The position numbers and the translations under genes are program-made. From Myxococcota bacterium (lineage in GTDB: Bacteria; Myxococcota_A; UBA9042; PHBI01; JAWLBL01), in contig JAWLBL010000036.1 in the NCBI GenBank assembly GCA_041687695.1, positions 11,384 through 75,383 of the forward strand: a stretch of DNA of 64,000 bases, in the 5' to 3' direction. Shown in pieces: positions 1 through 9,770 of the stretch. The notes under the pieces are model-generated. The model was not told the DNA's origin. It ran no database searches and saw nothing but the letters and a program-made list of their open reading frames with translations. The number at the start of each line of letters is the position of its first letter. Positions within the stretch are counted from its first letter, which is position 1.

Positions 1-175
1 GCTTGTCGGTCACTGACCGCTGTTCGGTGCTCATGGCGATTCGCCAGCCCATTGATGCGGTGCGACGCCTTCTCCTCATCGATGACCCGACCGAGCAGAG
101 CGTTCTGCCAGACGACACCCTGATCGGGGAGCGGCCGCGCTCCGAGTTGCCGAACCGTTCCGCAGTGGAGCCGCC

Positions 176-973
176 ATGAACGCATCTCCCTCAGCTTCGG
201 ACTCCGATGTGCGTGCGCAGCTGGCCCGAAAGGAAGGCCGCTCCGGCTTTCCCTGGCTCAGCCTGTTGGGTCTGGCCATCGCTATCGTAGCGCTCGTCCG
301 CGCGTTCGACGAAGCACGCCCTCTACGCGTGACCGACGGCAATGGGATCATCCGCGCCTCACTCCAGGTCGAGGACGCGACCGTCGCGCTCGTCTTGCGT
401 GACGGCTCCGGAAAGGTCCGCGCGCGCCTTGCCGTGGACGAGGCCGGACCAGCGCAGCTCAGCTTGTTGGGAGAAGACGGCGCCGACGAAGTGAGCCTCT
501 CGACGGCCTCAGGACGGGCCAGTCTGCGAGTCGTCTCGGCCGAAAACACGCTAGAGATCCAGGCGACCGAGTCCGGCTCGCACCTTCGAGTGTCCAGCGA
601 GAGCACGAGCGCCGTCGTGGCCAGCAGTCCGTTGGTCAGTCAGGTCATTCTGACGGGGCCGGGACAGCGGGATGAGCCCTCCAGGCTGACCCTCGAGTCC
701 GTGTCCCAGGGCACCAGACTCGACATGTCGGTCGGGGGCGATTCCGCTGCCTTGTCGGTCAGCCCCGAACGGTCGCAACTCAGCCTCGGCAATGGGCAGC
801 GGTCAGCGCGCCTGTTCACCGAGCCCGCTGGCTCCGTTCTTCGCTTCGAAAGCCCAGTGCCCGACCTCGACAATCAGGTCGTCCTGACAACCCGGCCGGG
901 CGAGCGCTCGCGCCTGCCGCGGACGACGCATCTGGGTGAAAGCTCCGTAAGCAGAACGCCAGCGACGCCTTGA
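176..973 (+). CDS. Hypothetical membrane-anchored protein with repetitive beta-strand segments
   Basis: ATG preceded by GGAG; N-terminal hydrophobic helix (FPWLSLLGLAIAIVALV); repeated LxL-type beta motifs (LRDGSGKVRARLAVDEAGPAQLSLL). Confidence 0.6.
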   Translation: MNASPSASDSDVRAQLARKEGRSGFPWLSLLGLAIAIVALVRAFDEARPLRVTDGNGIIRASLQVEDATVALVLRDGSGKVRARLAVDEAGPAQLSLLGEDGADEVSLSTASGRASLRVVSAENTLEIQATESGSHLRVSSESTSAVVASSPLVSQVILTGPGQRDEPSRLTLESVSQGTRLDMSVGGDSAALSVSPERSQLSLGNGQRSARLFTEPAGSVLRFESPVPDLDNQVVLTTRPGERSRLPRTTHLGESSVSRTPATP

Positions 974-1061
974 CGACGAGGCCAAGGCCGCCGCTCATCG
1001 CATTGGACGCCAAACCGTCGGGTATGGACAAGCGCTCCCCTACGGCGCATCTGACGGCGCC

Positions 1062-3587
1062 TCAGCGCGGATCGGTGTCGAGGCCGAGGGGCTCGACGGC
1101 GTAGATCTCGGCGGCGGCGGTGCCGAAGTACAGGACGCCGTCCTCTTCCGCGACAGGGCCGACCGGGCTGGCCAGGGTGATGGACCAGCGGGTGGCGCCG
1201 GTGTCGGGGGCCAGCAGGTGGACCTCGCGGCCGGTCGAGACGGCCGCGCCGCGCGAGGTGGTCGTCACTTCGGCGCCGGCCGGGAAGTCGCGGGTCCACA
1301 GCGAGGCTCCGGACTTGGCGTTCAGGGCGTGCAGTCGCGCGCCGCCGCCGGGGAGTCCGGTCGTCGCGTAGACCACATCGCCGCCGATATGGGCCGGCGA
1401 GGCGCACGTCCCTTCGGCCGGCGACGTCCAGGCGACCGAACCGTCGCGAATGCGCCGCGCCACGAACCCTCCCTCGCGGGCGCTGAAGTAGGTGAACAGC
1501 GTCTCGTGCTCTGCGAAGGCGCAGGGGCACTCGTCGTCGGCCGCCTCGCGTCCCACCTTGGCGAGCGCCTCGGGCTCGGCGTCTTCCGAGACCGGATGCA
1601 CGCCGAAATACAAGTGCTCCTTGCCGGCGTGCACGCAATCGGGCGCCGTCATGTCGACGTATGTGCTCGCGCCGCTGCCCGCGCTGACCAGATGCAGCTG
1701 GTCGGCCTCGGGCCCGAGCCCGCGCTCCTTGCCCAGGAACATGCCCTGGCTGACCTGGCCGCCATCGGTCACACCGAAGCGCACCCTCGCCGGAGCCCGC
1801 CAACGCACCTTCCCCGTCTTCAGGTCGATGGCGCGACCGTCGACCAGCACGAGCCCCGCCCACTCGAGCATCTGCGGCGAGGCCCGTCCCGCGTCCAGCC
1901 ACCGCCTGGCCCCGTCCTCGAGCGACAGCGCGACCACCGCCCGCTCGCCCGGCAACACGACCGCATCGCCGTCCACCAGGGGACGCCGCGCCGCGTTCCC
2001 CACCGCCTGCGGATAGCGCCAGGCCCAGCGCACCCGCGCCTGAAGTCCGAGCTCGGGATGACGCTCGCGCGGCGCAGCCAACGACGCCGTGCGCGGCCGC
2101 GAAACGTCGGCCCGCATCAACCGCTTACGCGCACCGCCGACGCCCGCATACACTTCGGTCCCCGCCACCGCCCTCCGCAGCGCGACAGGCAGCTCGTGCC
2201 GCCACAGCACGTCCCCGGTGCGCCGGTCGAGGACCCTCGCCGACGTCCCCCCCAGCGCGAGCACCCCCTGGTCGATGGGGTACACTTCCGAGACGGGGTC
2301 GTCGCCGCCTCTCGCGCGCCAACGCAGCTTCCCGGTCGCCCGCTCCAGGGCGTAGACCCCCTCGTCCTCGAGACCATAGATCGCATACACCAGCTCGACG
2401 TCCCCGGCCGGACGCTCCTTGGCGTGACAAGCGTAGAAGGGACCCGCCGCTCCTGGCCACTCCTCTCTGGGCTCGCCGCCGGCGACCTCCCAGGACCACT
2501 TCTCGCCGAGGTCCGCGCCCAACAGCCGCACGCCGCGCCCGTCCTGCACTACCACCCCGGCCGCCGTCACCTCGACCGCGCACGGCTGGCCGAAGGGCGA
2601 CCTGTCGTTCGGAAGAGGCGACTTCATCCCCGCGAGATACGCGTCCCACTCCCTCTGCAGCGCCTCGCCGTCCATCTCCGCCGCGATCGGCCGCTCGCCC
2701 AGCAGGAACCGCTCACCCAACCGGCCCAGCTGGGCCACCTCGAAGATCGGCTCGTACTCGGGCCCCACCGTCTGGCTGCGCGAGAGAACCTCACCCGACC
2801 GGCCGTCCAGCAAGGCCAGCCCGTAGACGGCCAGCTTGCCCCGCTTCCGGTACAGCACCGCGACGTGCCGCTCGTTGGCCGCGAACGCCTCGACCGCCCC
2901 GCCGACCCCTTCGGCCCGCCACAGCTCACGCCCGTCGGTGGCCGCAAGCGCTCGCGGCTCGCCTCCCACCAGCACCAGGTCCCCCGCGACGCCTCGCAGC
3001 CACTCGTCCTTGCCCAGCTTCTGCGCCCACACACGCTCCCCGGTCACGCGCGAACGCGCCTCGAGCGTGCCCTCGACCAGCAAATGGACGTGCTCGCGTC
3101 CGACCGCCACGGCAGCCGCGTATTTCGCCAGCTCGGCCTCCCACACCACCGGCCCGCCCAGCGCCTCACCCGCCGCCAACGGCGCGAGCCCCGGGCCGTC
3201 CCCGCTGCCCTTCTCCCCTCCCTCCGACCGCGGCGCGGGCGGCAGCCTCTCCACCATGACGGCCGTCTCGGCAGACTCGCCCGCCGCCTTCACCGCCGCC
3301 TCCGCCGCAGCGCCCTCGCCCGCCGCCTTCGCCGGCGCCTCCGGCGCAGCGCCCGCCCCCGTCCCCGCGTCCGCCTCGACCGCCGCTTGCTTCTCGGGCC
3401 GAGCCTCGCCCTCCTCCGCAGCCGCCCCGTCCGGCTCCCCGGCACCCGCAGCTTCCGCGCCGCTGCCCTGCGTCGCCCCGGGGCCCGGCACAGCAACCTG
3501 ATCGACCGCCCCGCCCGGCCCCTCGGCCTTGCCGCCGCACCCGCCCAACACCAGGCCCAATACCGCGAACCAGCCCGTCCAACGCAT
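1062..3587 (-). CDS. PQQ-binding-like (BamB-like) beta-propeller repeat lipoprotein
   Basis: GGAGGT RBS; lipobox LGGC; Ala/Glu/Pro linker; many ALDxxTGxxxW repeats (ALERATGKLRW, AIDLKTGKVRW, ALNAKSGASLW, LLAPDTGATRW). Confidence 0.85.
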   Translation of the reverse strand: MRWTGWFAVLGLVLGGCGGKAEGPGGAVDQVAVPGPGATQGSGAEAAGAGEPDGAAAEEGEARPEKQAAVEADAGTGAGAAPEAPAKAAGEGAAAEAAVKAAGESAETAVMVERLPPAPRSEGGEKGSGDGPGLAPLAAGEALGGPVVWEAELAKYAAAVAVGREHVHLLVEGTLEARSRVTGERVWAQKLGKDEWLRGVAGDLVLVGGEPRALAATDGRELWRAEGVGGAVEAFAANERHVAVLYRKRGKLAVYGLALLDGRSGEVLSRSQTVGPEYEPIFEVAQLGRLGERFLLGERPIAAEMDGEALQREWDAYLAGMKSPLPNDRSPFGQPCAVEVTAAGVVVQDGRGVRLLGADLGEKWSWEVAGGEPREEWPGAAGPFYACHAKERPAGDVELVYAIYGLEDEGVYALERATGKLRWRARGGDDPVSEVYPIDQGVLALGGTSARVLDRRTGDVLWRHELPVALRRAVAGTEVYAGVGGARKRLMRADVSRPRTASLAAPRERHPELGLQARVRWAWRYPQAVGNAARRPLVDGDAVVLPGERAVVALSLEDGARRWLDAGRASPQMLEWAGLVLVDGRAIDLKTGKVRWRAPARVRFGVTDGGQVSQGMFLGKERGLGPEADQLHLVSAGSGASTYVDMTAPDCVHAGKEHLYFGVHPVSEDAEPEALAKVGREAADDECPCAFAEHETLFTYFSAREGGFVARRIRDGSVAWTSPAEGTCASPAHIGGDVVYATTGLPGGGARLHALNAKSGASLWTRDFPAGAEVTTTSRGAAVSTGREVHLLAPDTGATRWSITLASPVGPVAEEDGVLYFGTAAAEIYAVEPLGLDTDPR

Positions 3588-3779
3588 CCGACACCTCCGC
3601 CTCGAGCCGCCTCATACAGCGGCCCCGTCTCGTCCGCAACGGCACCACGCCCGACTGAATGGCCGTACCTACGCCCGCTCACGTAACCGCGACGCAACGC
3701 GGGCGTCCCTTCGTCGCGTCGCCGCCGAAATTCGGGCTGTCAATCACGCCACGCCGGCGCCGAGCGGAGGCGTCGAGGC

Positions 3780-4319
3780 TCAGCGCGTCAGCATGTTCTG
3801 GAGGGCGAGGACTGTCTTGTAGTTGCGCGAGGTAGTCGGGGAGCCGACGGCGCGCTCGAGGAGGGCCGGGGTGAGCTTGGTCTTGCCGGCGCCGGCGGGG
3901 TAGTGGATCCACAGGGCGCCGTCGGCGGCGGCGATCTGTTCGCCGTGGCCGGCGCGCTCGGTCAGGAGGGCGGCGGCGTCGGGGGCCGGTGGGGCCTTCG
4001 AGAGCACGAGCATGAGGCGGTCGGGACGGGCCGCGGCGGCATCGGGGAAGGCGGGGCGGGACGCGAAAGCGGCCCAGTCGGCGGCGCTGCGGGCCATCAC
4101 GTCGATGTCCATGCCGAAGTAGCTCTTCAAGAAGAGCTCGAAATGGAAGACGAAGTCCTCGGGCGACCGGCTCGAATCGCCGACCAGATTGCCGCTCTGG
4201 ATGTAGGACCGGGCGTAGGCGAGCCCGGCGTCCTCGGCGACGTTCCTGAGCTCGGCCATGGCGATCTTGCGGTGGCCGCCGACGTTGATGCCGCGCAGCA
4301 GAGCGACGAGGTTGGGCAT
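3780..4319 (-). CDS. DUF1697 domain-containing protein
   Basis: Start trimmed to the ATG at 4319 (GGAG upstream); family signatures ALLRGINVGG, SYIQSGNLV and C-terminal TSRN. Confidence 0.9.
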   Translation of the reverse strand: MPNLVALLRGINVGGHRKIAMAELRNVAEDAGLAYARSYIQSGNLVGDSSRSPEDFVFHFELFLKSYFGMDIDVMARSAADWAAFASRPAFPDAAAARPDRLMLVLSKAPPAPDAAALLTERAGHGEQIAAADGALWIHYPAGAGKTKLTPALLERAVGSPTTSRNYKTVLALQNMLTR

Positions 4320-4357
4320 GGTGGGTCTCCACGAAGGCTGAAGCGGCAGAGGCGAGG

Positions 4358-6526
4358 TCAGGCCGAGGCGAGGGACTCGGCTTGCTGGGCCCGAGCGGGC
4401 GGAGGCTGGTCTCGCCACTCGGTGGCGATGGCGTCGTTGAGGCGCAGGATGGCGCCGAGGCCCTTGTCGGTGAGGCGGTCGAGGCGGGCGCCGACCTGCT
4501 GGAGCTGCTCGAGCAGCGACTGGAGCCACTCGGGGGTCGGGCGGCCCAGGTGGCGGGCGCTGTCGACGAGCGGCTCGCGCAGGAGGAACGGAGCGAGCGG
4601 ACCGGGGTCGACGTTGGCCAGCGCCGGGATGTGAATCGCGGCGGCGGCCTCGAGCACCTGGCCGAGGGCGTCGCGCGCGCCATTGAGGGTGGACATGAGC
4701 CGCTCGGACTGCTCCTCGTCGAGCTCGCCTTCGATGCTCGCCAGGGCTTGGTTCGCCGAGGTCCAGGCCTTGGTGATGTCTTCCAGCAGCTTCTGGGCGG
4801 CCGCCTGGAAGCGCAGGCGCTGGTCGAGCTCGGTGAGCAGAGCCGGGTCGCCCAGGGAGGCCGCCAATCGCAGATGGAGCTCGACCAACTCGCGGTCGTG
4901 GCGCTTCAGCCAGGCCTCGGTTTCGTCGAGGTCCCGGCCGAGCTGCTCGAAGAGCTGCTCGAGGTGCTCGGGAGGGTGGGACTCGCCGCGGAAGCGCACG
5001 GCGCGCGGTGTTGCCTCCCCGGAGACCTGCCGGACCAGCTCGTCTCGTTCGGCGAGCAGCGCCTCGCGGCGAGCGGCCTCGGCGGCGAAGGCCTCGCCAT
5101 AGAGCGCCTCGAGACGCTTGGCGAGCACGTCATTGGCGGAGGGCTGCGAGGCCAGCTCGGCGAGCGCGCCGTCCAGGTCGGCGAGGTACAGCACCCGGCT
5201 CTCGTAGATGCCGCGGTACCGGGGGTCGTGCATCGTGTCGGCCCGCTCGCCCTCGATGAAGCGATGCACGTCCTGGGCCGGCGTCAGCGTCAGGCTTTCG
5301 CCGCCGTGCGCGGCCTCGAAGTGGCGGCGGGTCACGGCGCGCCGGAGCGCGTCCGGATTCGAGAAGAGGAGCCAGGCGGAGCGGTCGTCGAGGGGGGCCC
5401 GGAGGTAGGTTGCCTTGGCGTTGGCCTCGCGCTCGGCGGCCGGCGGGTGTGACGCCCACATGCTGGGGGTGGCCGTGTCGTCGGCCGGGAACACGCGCGT
5501 CGTGAGGGTGGGATCGTCGGGCAACGGGGGCGGCACGCCGAAGGAGGGGTCCTTGGCGCGGTGGCGGACGATGTCCACCGCCCGGCTCTGGTGGAAGAAG
5601 AGGTCGTCGGTGTGGAGCCCGTGATCCCTGGCCGCCGCGAGGTCGCGCAAGGTCTGCGTCATGCAGGCGTCGGCGAGCCGGAGCTTGAGGAGCGCGTGGC
5701 ACAGCGCGTCGCTGCCGGTCGTCCGGACCGCCATGCGGTCGGCGGCGAACTCCATCTGGCGTGAGAGGGCCGCGTGGGCGAGGTTGATGACGCGAAAGAG
5801 CAGCCCCAGGAACTGCCTGAGCACCCAGGTGACGGCCGCGACCAGCCAGCCCACCCACGCGATGCGGATGTCGAGGCGTCCAATGACCGAGACGAGCTCG
5901 TCCCATCGGTCGCGGCTCCAGATCATGTCGGCGATGACCCGGTTGGCGACGTAGACGTAGCTGCCGAGCCGCATGCTGCGCTGAGAGAAGTGGCCGAGCT
6001 CGTGGGCGAAGACCGCCTTGAGCTCGCTGAGGCCGAGGGCGTTGACGACGCCGAGGCCGATGAGGAGGTTCTTGCGGACGGGGAAGAAGAGGCTCAGGAA
6101 GGAGCTGTCGTAGAAGACGGCGGCGTTGACCTCGCTCGTGAGGTAGACGCGTTTGGGGGCGGGAGCGCCGGTCTCCTCGACCAGCCGGTCGATGAACGCG
6201 AACAGCCGCGGCTCGTCGGCCCGGGTGACCTCGAGGAAGGTCGAGCGGTCGAGCCGCTGTCGCTTGAAGAGGACCTTGACGAAGAAGAGCAGCAGCAAGG
6301 CGCCTACGACGACTCCCCAGAAGTGGCCCGAACGCTGCGAGCTGCGCTCGAGGCTGTAGTCGATGAGGAAGGCGGCGCCGCCGATGAGGGCGGCGTAGAC
6401 CGCGAGGAACACCAGGATGCTGGCGAACGTGAGCGCAACCCGGCGCCGGTAGGCCGGCGTCGGTCGGGTCAGGTCCTCGGGCACGACCGCCGGCGGCGGT
6501 GGGTAGAGGTCGCTCGCGTTCATCAC
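4358..6526 (-). CDS. M48 family (HtpX/Ste24-like) membrane zinc metalloprotease with long helical C-terminus
   Basis: N-terminal TM helices, EVNAAV, HELGH zinc motif, SRQMEFAADRMA and WASHP motifs. Confidence 0.9.
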   Translation of the reverse strand: MMNASDLYPPPPAVVPEDLTRPTPAYRRRVALTFASILVFLAVYAALIGGAAFLIDYSLERSSQRSGHFWGVVVGALLLLFFVKVLFKRQRLDRSTFLEVTRADEPRLFAFIDRLVEETGAPAPKRVYLTSEVNAAVFYDSSFLSLFFPVRKNLLIGLGVVNALGLSELKAVFAHELGHFSQRSMRLGSYVYVANRVIADMIWSRDRWDELVSVIGRLDIRIAWVGWLVAAVTWVLRQFLGLLFRVINLAHAALSRQMEFAADRMAVRTTGSDALCHALLKLRLADACMTQTLRDLAAARDHGLHTDDLFFHQSRAVDIVRHRAKDPSFGVPPPLPDDPTLTTRVFPADDTATPSMWASHPPAAEREANAKATYLRAPLDDRSAWLLFSNPDALRRAVTRRHFEAAHGGESLTLTPAQDVHRFIEGERADTMHDPRYRGIYESRVLYLADLDGALAELASQPSANDVLAKRLEALYGEAFAAEAARREALLAERDELVRQVSGEATPRAVRFRGESHPPEHLEQLFEQLGRDLDETEAWLKRHDRELVELHLRLAASLGDPALLTELDQRLRFQAAAQKLLEDITKAWTSANQALASIEGELDEEQSERLMSTLNGARDALGQVLEAAAAIHIPALANVDPGPLAPFLLREPLVDSARHLGRPTPEWLQSLLEQLQQVGARLDRLTDKGLGAILRLNDAIATEWRDQPPPARAQQAESLASA

Positions 6527-6672
6527 GTCTCCCGCGTGGGCTGAAAACGGACCTCAGGGTGGCACGTCAGGGCGGACGCGGCAATCGACTCGGCGCCCTG
6601 GGGGGCCACGAAGATTCACGCGCCCGCTCACTCCGACTCGTTCGCGCCCCCTCCCGTTCCCCCAAGCCGCGC

Positions 6673-8373
6673 TCAGTCGTACTGAGGGCAAACGTGGTGG
6701 ACGGTGAAGGCGGGGTCGTCCGGATGGAGGCGGGCGGGGACGAGGAAGCAGTCGCCGCAGGGGGTGGGGTAGAAGGAGGCGTCGTCGAGCAGGGGAGTCG
6801 GCGAGGCGTCGGGGGCTTCGAGGTCGTGGGCGAAGAGAGTGCCGGTCTCGAGGGGGCGGGGCGGTCGCTCGGGGCGATCGTACCAGCACTGGGCGACGGT
6901 GCCGGGGCCGCGGACGGCGAGGAGGGCGCGGCCGTCCTGGGTGAGGAGCCAGGGGGCGATGCGGGTGCCGGTGTCGTAGAGTTCGCGCGCAGCGAGGGAG
7001 CCCTGGAGGTTGGCGGCCCAGACGCGGGCGCGGTCGAGCCACATTGGGCATTCGACTGGTGTCTCGGGGCCGTGGGTCGGCTCGGCGAAGACGAAGCGAG
7101 CGCCGGCGAAGGCGCCGATGGGGCCGACCGCTCGTGGAGGAGTGAGGGTGCGCTCGAAGGAGTCGGTGACGACCGTCCCGCGAGCCCCCACCACGGGACG
7201 CCACGAGCCGACTTCGAGGTCGTGCAGGCTGAGGTAGCCCAGGCACGCTTCGACCGGCTTGATGATGGCGACGGCGTCGTAGGCGCTGCGGCTGTGGGCC
7301 TGCCAGCTGACGACGAAGTCCTGCGCACGCTCGGAGAGGACCGAGTGATGGTCGGTCTCTCGGTCGAGGGCGTCGACCGCGAGCCCGTCGCCGTTGACGC
7401 GCGTCCACACCAGGAAGCGACCCGAGGGCGAGACGGCCAGATCGGTGATGTACCCGCTGGAGCCGTAGGAGTCGAAGGGTCCCGTGATGGGGGTCAGGGC
7501 TCCGTCGGATCCGAGGCGCCAGACGGCGCTGTAGTCGAGCTCGTCCTCGGCCACGAGGTAGAGGGCTCCTTCGTCGGGCGCGGCGCGGATGAGGGTGACG
7601 TCGAGCGGGACCTCGTGGGGGCTGGCCTGGAGGTCCCGGGAGACCCAGGTGCGCTTGTTGTGGTCCCGGAAGGTGAGCCAAGCGCCGAGGACGGCCGACT
7701 CGAGCAGGTCGGACCGCTGGAAGACCTGGGCGAAGGGGGGCGAGGTCCGGAAGCAATGGAGCGAGTGGGTCGAGGCGAAGAGCGCTTGCTGTCTGAGGCA
7801 AGCGGCGCCGTCGAGGATGCCCATCTCGTCGAGAGGGTGGCCTGGTGCGGCGAACGGGATGGCAACATCGTCGTCGATGATGAAGGCGCCGTCGCAGGTG
7901 CGGACATGGAGGCCGCCGTCGAGGGGGCGAATCCAGCGGCCCAGTTCTTCTTGGCAGAGTGACAGACCGAGGTCGGTCGTCGACCCATCGTCGAAGCTGT
8001 ACCGGAACAGGCGGCTCTTGGGTCCGGTGGGCCAGCAGCCTGGGTCGAAGTGGTCGTGCTCGCCCCCGCTGTAGTACACGAAGCGACCGTCGCCGGAGCA
8101 CGCCGGACCTGGGCCCGCGCCGTCGAAGAGGGGCTGGACGCGCCACGAGAGTGCCTTGGGCATCGTATCGCTGGCGGCGTCCACTTGCATGATCGTATCG
8201 CCGGCCTCGGGCTGGCCGTCTGCGGCGGCGACGGTGTCTGCAGCGTCGACCCGAGCGTCGGCGCACGCGCTCGACAGGAGCGCCGCGCTGGCGAGGATGA
8301 GGCGCAAGGCGGCGGGGCCCGCCTTGGACACGGCGCAGCGCGTCACGGGTGTGCGGCCACGTGCGGCCTTCAC
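6673..8373 (-). CDS. Putative beta-propeller (TolB/WD40-like) lipoprotein
   Basis: Signal ending in lipobox LSSAC; propeller-like motifs (SGDGRFVYY, LAVSPSGRFLVW, LTQDGRALL). Start is uncertain; the GTG at 8373 was chosen because it is conserved in the decayed copy at 12002. Confidence 0.6.
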   Translation of the reverse strand: MKAARGRTPVTRCAVSKAGPAALRLILASAALLSSACADARVDAADTVAAADGQPEAGDTIMQVDAASDTMPKALSWRVQPLFDGAGPGPACSGDGRFVYYSGGEHDHFDPGCWPTGPKSRLFRYSFDDGSTTDLGLSLCQEELGRWIRPLDGGLHVRTCDGAFIIDDDVAIPFAAPGHPLDEMGILDGAACLRQQALFASTHSLHCFRTSPPFAQVFQRSDLLESAVLGAWLTFRDHNKRTWVSRDLQASPHEVPLDVTLIRAAPDEGALYLVAEDELDYSAVWRLGSDGALTPITGPFDSYGSSGYITDLAVSPSGRFLVWTRVNGDGLAVDALDRETDHHSVLSERAQDFVVSWQAHSRSAYDAVAIIKPVEACLGYLSLHDLEVGSWRPVVGARGTVVTDSFERTLTPPRAVGPIGAFAGARFVFAEPTHGPETPVECPMWLDRARVWAANLQGSLAARELYDTGTRIAPWLLTQDGRALLAVRGPGTVAQCWYDRPERPPRPLETGTLFAHDLEAPDASPTPLLDDASFYPTPCGDCFLVPARLHPDDPAFTVHHVCPQYD

Positions 8374-8586
8374 GGCTGGCCCTGAGCGATCGTATCGGCA
8401 GGCTGGCGGGTCATGGATCTGATGCGCATTCGGGGTCGGTGGAGGTGACGCGGCGCGGTCGCCGGTCGACCACGCTGGATGAGTCTCGCGCTTTGAGTCG
8501 GGTGCGGTCAACGGGGACCGGTGGAGGGAGAAGCGAGGTGCGACTGGCACGGCGGAGACAGGGGCATGGGTCGGGGTCGCGGTGGT

Positions 8587-9633
8587 TCAGGGATGTGGCG
8601 GGGCCGACCAGTCGTGGGCGTAGATGAGGCTGCGCTGTAGGCGAAGCCAGTCGAGGCCGGGGCCGGGGTCCCAGCGGTCAGGGAAGACGTACCAGGCGGG
8701 GACGAGGCCGACGATGTAGGGGCCAGGATGGTCGCTGCGGGTCAGGATGCGGCCGTCGTCGTCGAGGGGGAACTGGGGGCGGACCCAGGGGAAGACGCCG
8801 AGGAGGGCTCGGAGGAGGGAGGCGAGGGAGCGGTATTGGGCCTGGGTGAAGCCGTAAGAGGCCACGGTGACATTGGTCGGTCCGGGCGCGGATCGCAGTT
8901 GGTACGTCATGGGAGTCGAGGGGACGCGCTTGAAGGGCCCGTGGCCCATCTGGGAGCGACGGGGGTGCTGGGTGGGCCAGGCCGGCGCGTCGGGGGTGGT
9001 GGTGAGGTCGGGCAGGAGCCCGCTCAGGTGGATGCCGATGCTGCGGTCGTCGAGGGAGCCGGCGTGGCGCGCCTGGTCGCGGGGGTCGAGGGCCTGGTAG
9101 ACCGTGCCGTCCCAGTCGATGAGGAAGTGGGTCGACTGATTCTGGTCGACGAGGGCGGCGAAGCCGGCTGCGGAGTCGGCGGCCGAATCGCCGTGAAGGA
9201 CGAAGGCGCGGACGCGGGGGCTCCAGGCGCGGAAGGCGCGGGGGTCGTCGGGCGAGGTCGACTTGCCCATGCGGCGCCGAGCCGTGAACAGGCGAGGTTC
9301 AGGGTCGGCTCGGGTCTGCTGGGCTGCGTAGAAGGAGAGGCCGCCGGGCTGATCGAAGCGGACCACAGGGACGCCAGGCTCGAGGGCTATCGGCGTGTCG
9401 GCGACCACGATGCTGTGCTGCTTGGGGACGCCAGGGTCCGCAGGGGGCGGTTCGGTCAGGGCGGCGGGAAGGCGCGCCGGTTCCGGATCGGGTGGAGGCG
9501 CGGCCGAGGCGTACGTAGGAGGCGCAGGTGACTCCGGGGGCGGCGGCGTCACACGCTCGCAACCCCATGGGGCGAACGAGGCGACGACGACGGCCAGCCC
9601 GAAGGGCCCGAAGCGTCTCTTCGCATGCATCAT
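8587..9633 (-). CDS. N-acetylmuramoyl-L-alanine amidase (Amidase_2 fold) lipoprotein, possibly non-catalytic
   Basis: GGAGG RBS; signal peptide ending WGC; Pro-rich linker; AFVLHGD, STHFLIDWDGTVYQ, ARHAG, SIGI, FTQAQY and WDPGPG motifs. Confidence 0.8.
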   Translation of the reverse strand: MMHAKRRFGPFGLAVVVASFAPWGCERVTPPPPESPAPPTYASAAPPPDPEPARLPAALTEPPPADPGVPKQHSIVVADTPIALEPGVPVVRFDQPGGLSFYAAQQTRADPEPRLFTARRRMGKSTSPDDPRAFRAWSPRVRAFVLHGDSAADSAAGFAALVDQNQSTHFLIDWDGTVYQALDPRDQARHAGSLDDRSIGIHLSGLLPDLTTTPDAPAWPTQHPRRSQMGHGPFKRVPSTPMTYQLRSAPGPTNVTVASYGFTQAQYRSLASLLRALLGVFPWVRPQFPLDDDGRILTRSDHPGPYIVGLVPAWYVFPDRWDPGPGLDWLRLQRSLIYAHDWSAPPHP

Positions 9634-9770
9634 GACCTCCTGCGGTGCAGCGACCTCGAGACGGTAGCGGTTACCGTGCGTACGCGCAATCGAGGCGGGC
9701 CGCGCCATGCGCTCTTGTTTGTCTCGCTGCAGGATGATAAGGCACCAACGGAACCGATTGAGAGGAACGA

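Noticed and set aside
1..34. Minus-strand gene start running off the left edge (MSTEQRSVTDK)
   Set aside because: Only 11 codons are visible and there is no clear RBS; it cannot be supported.
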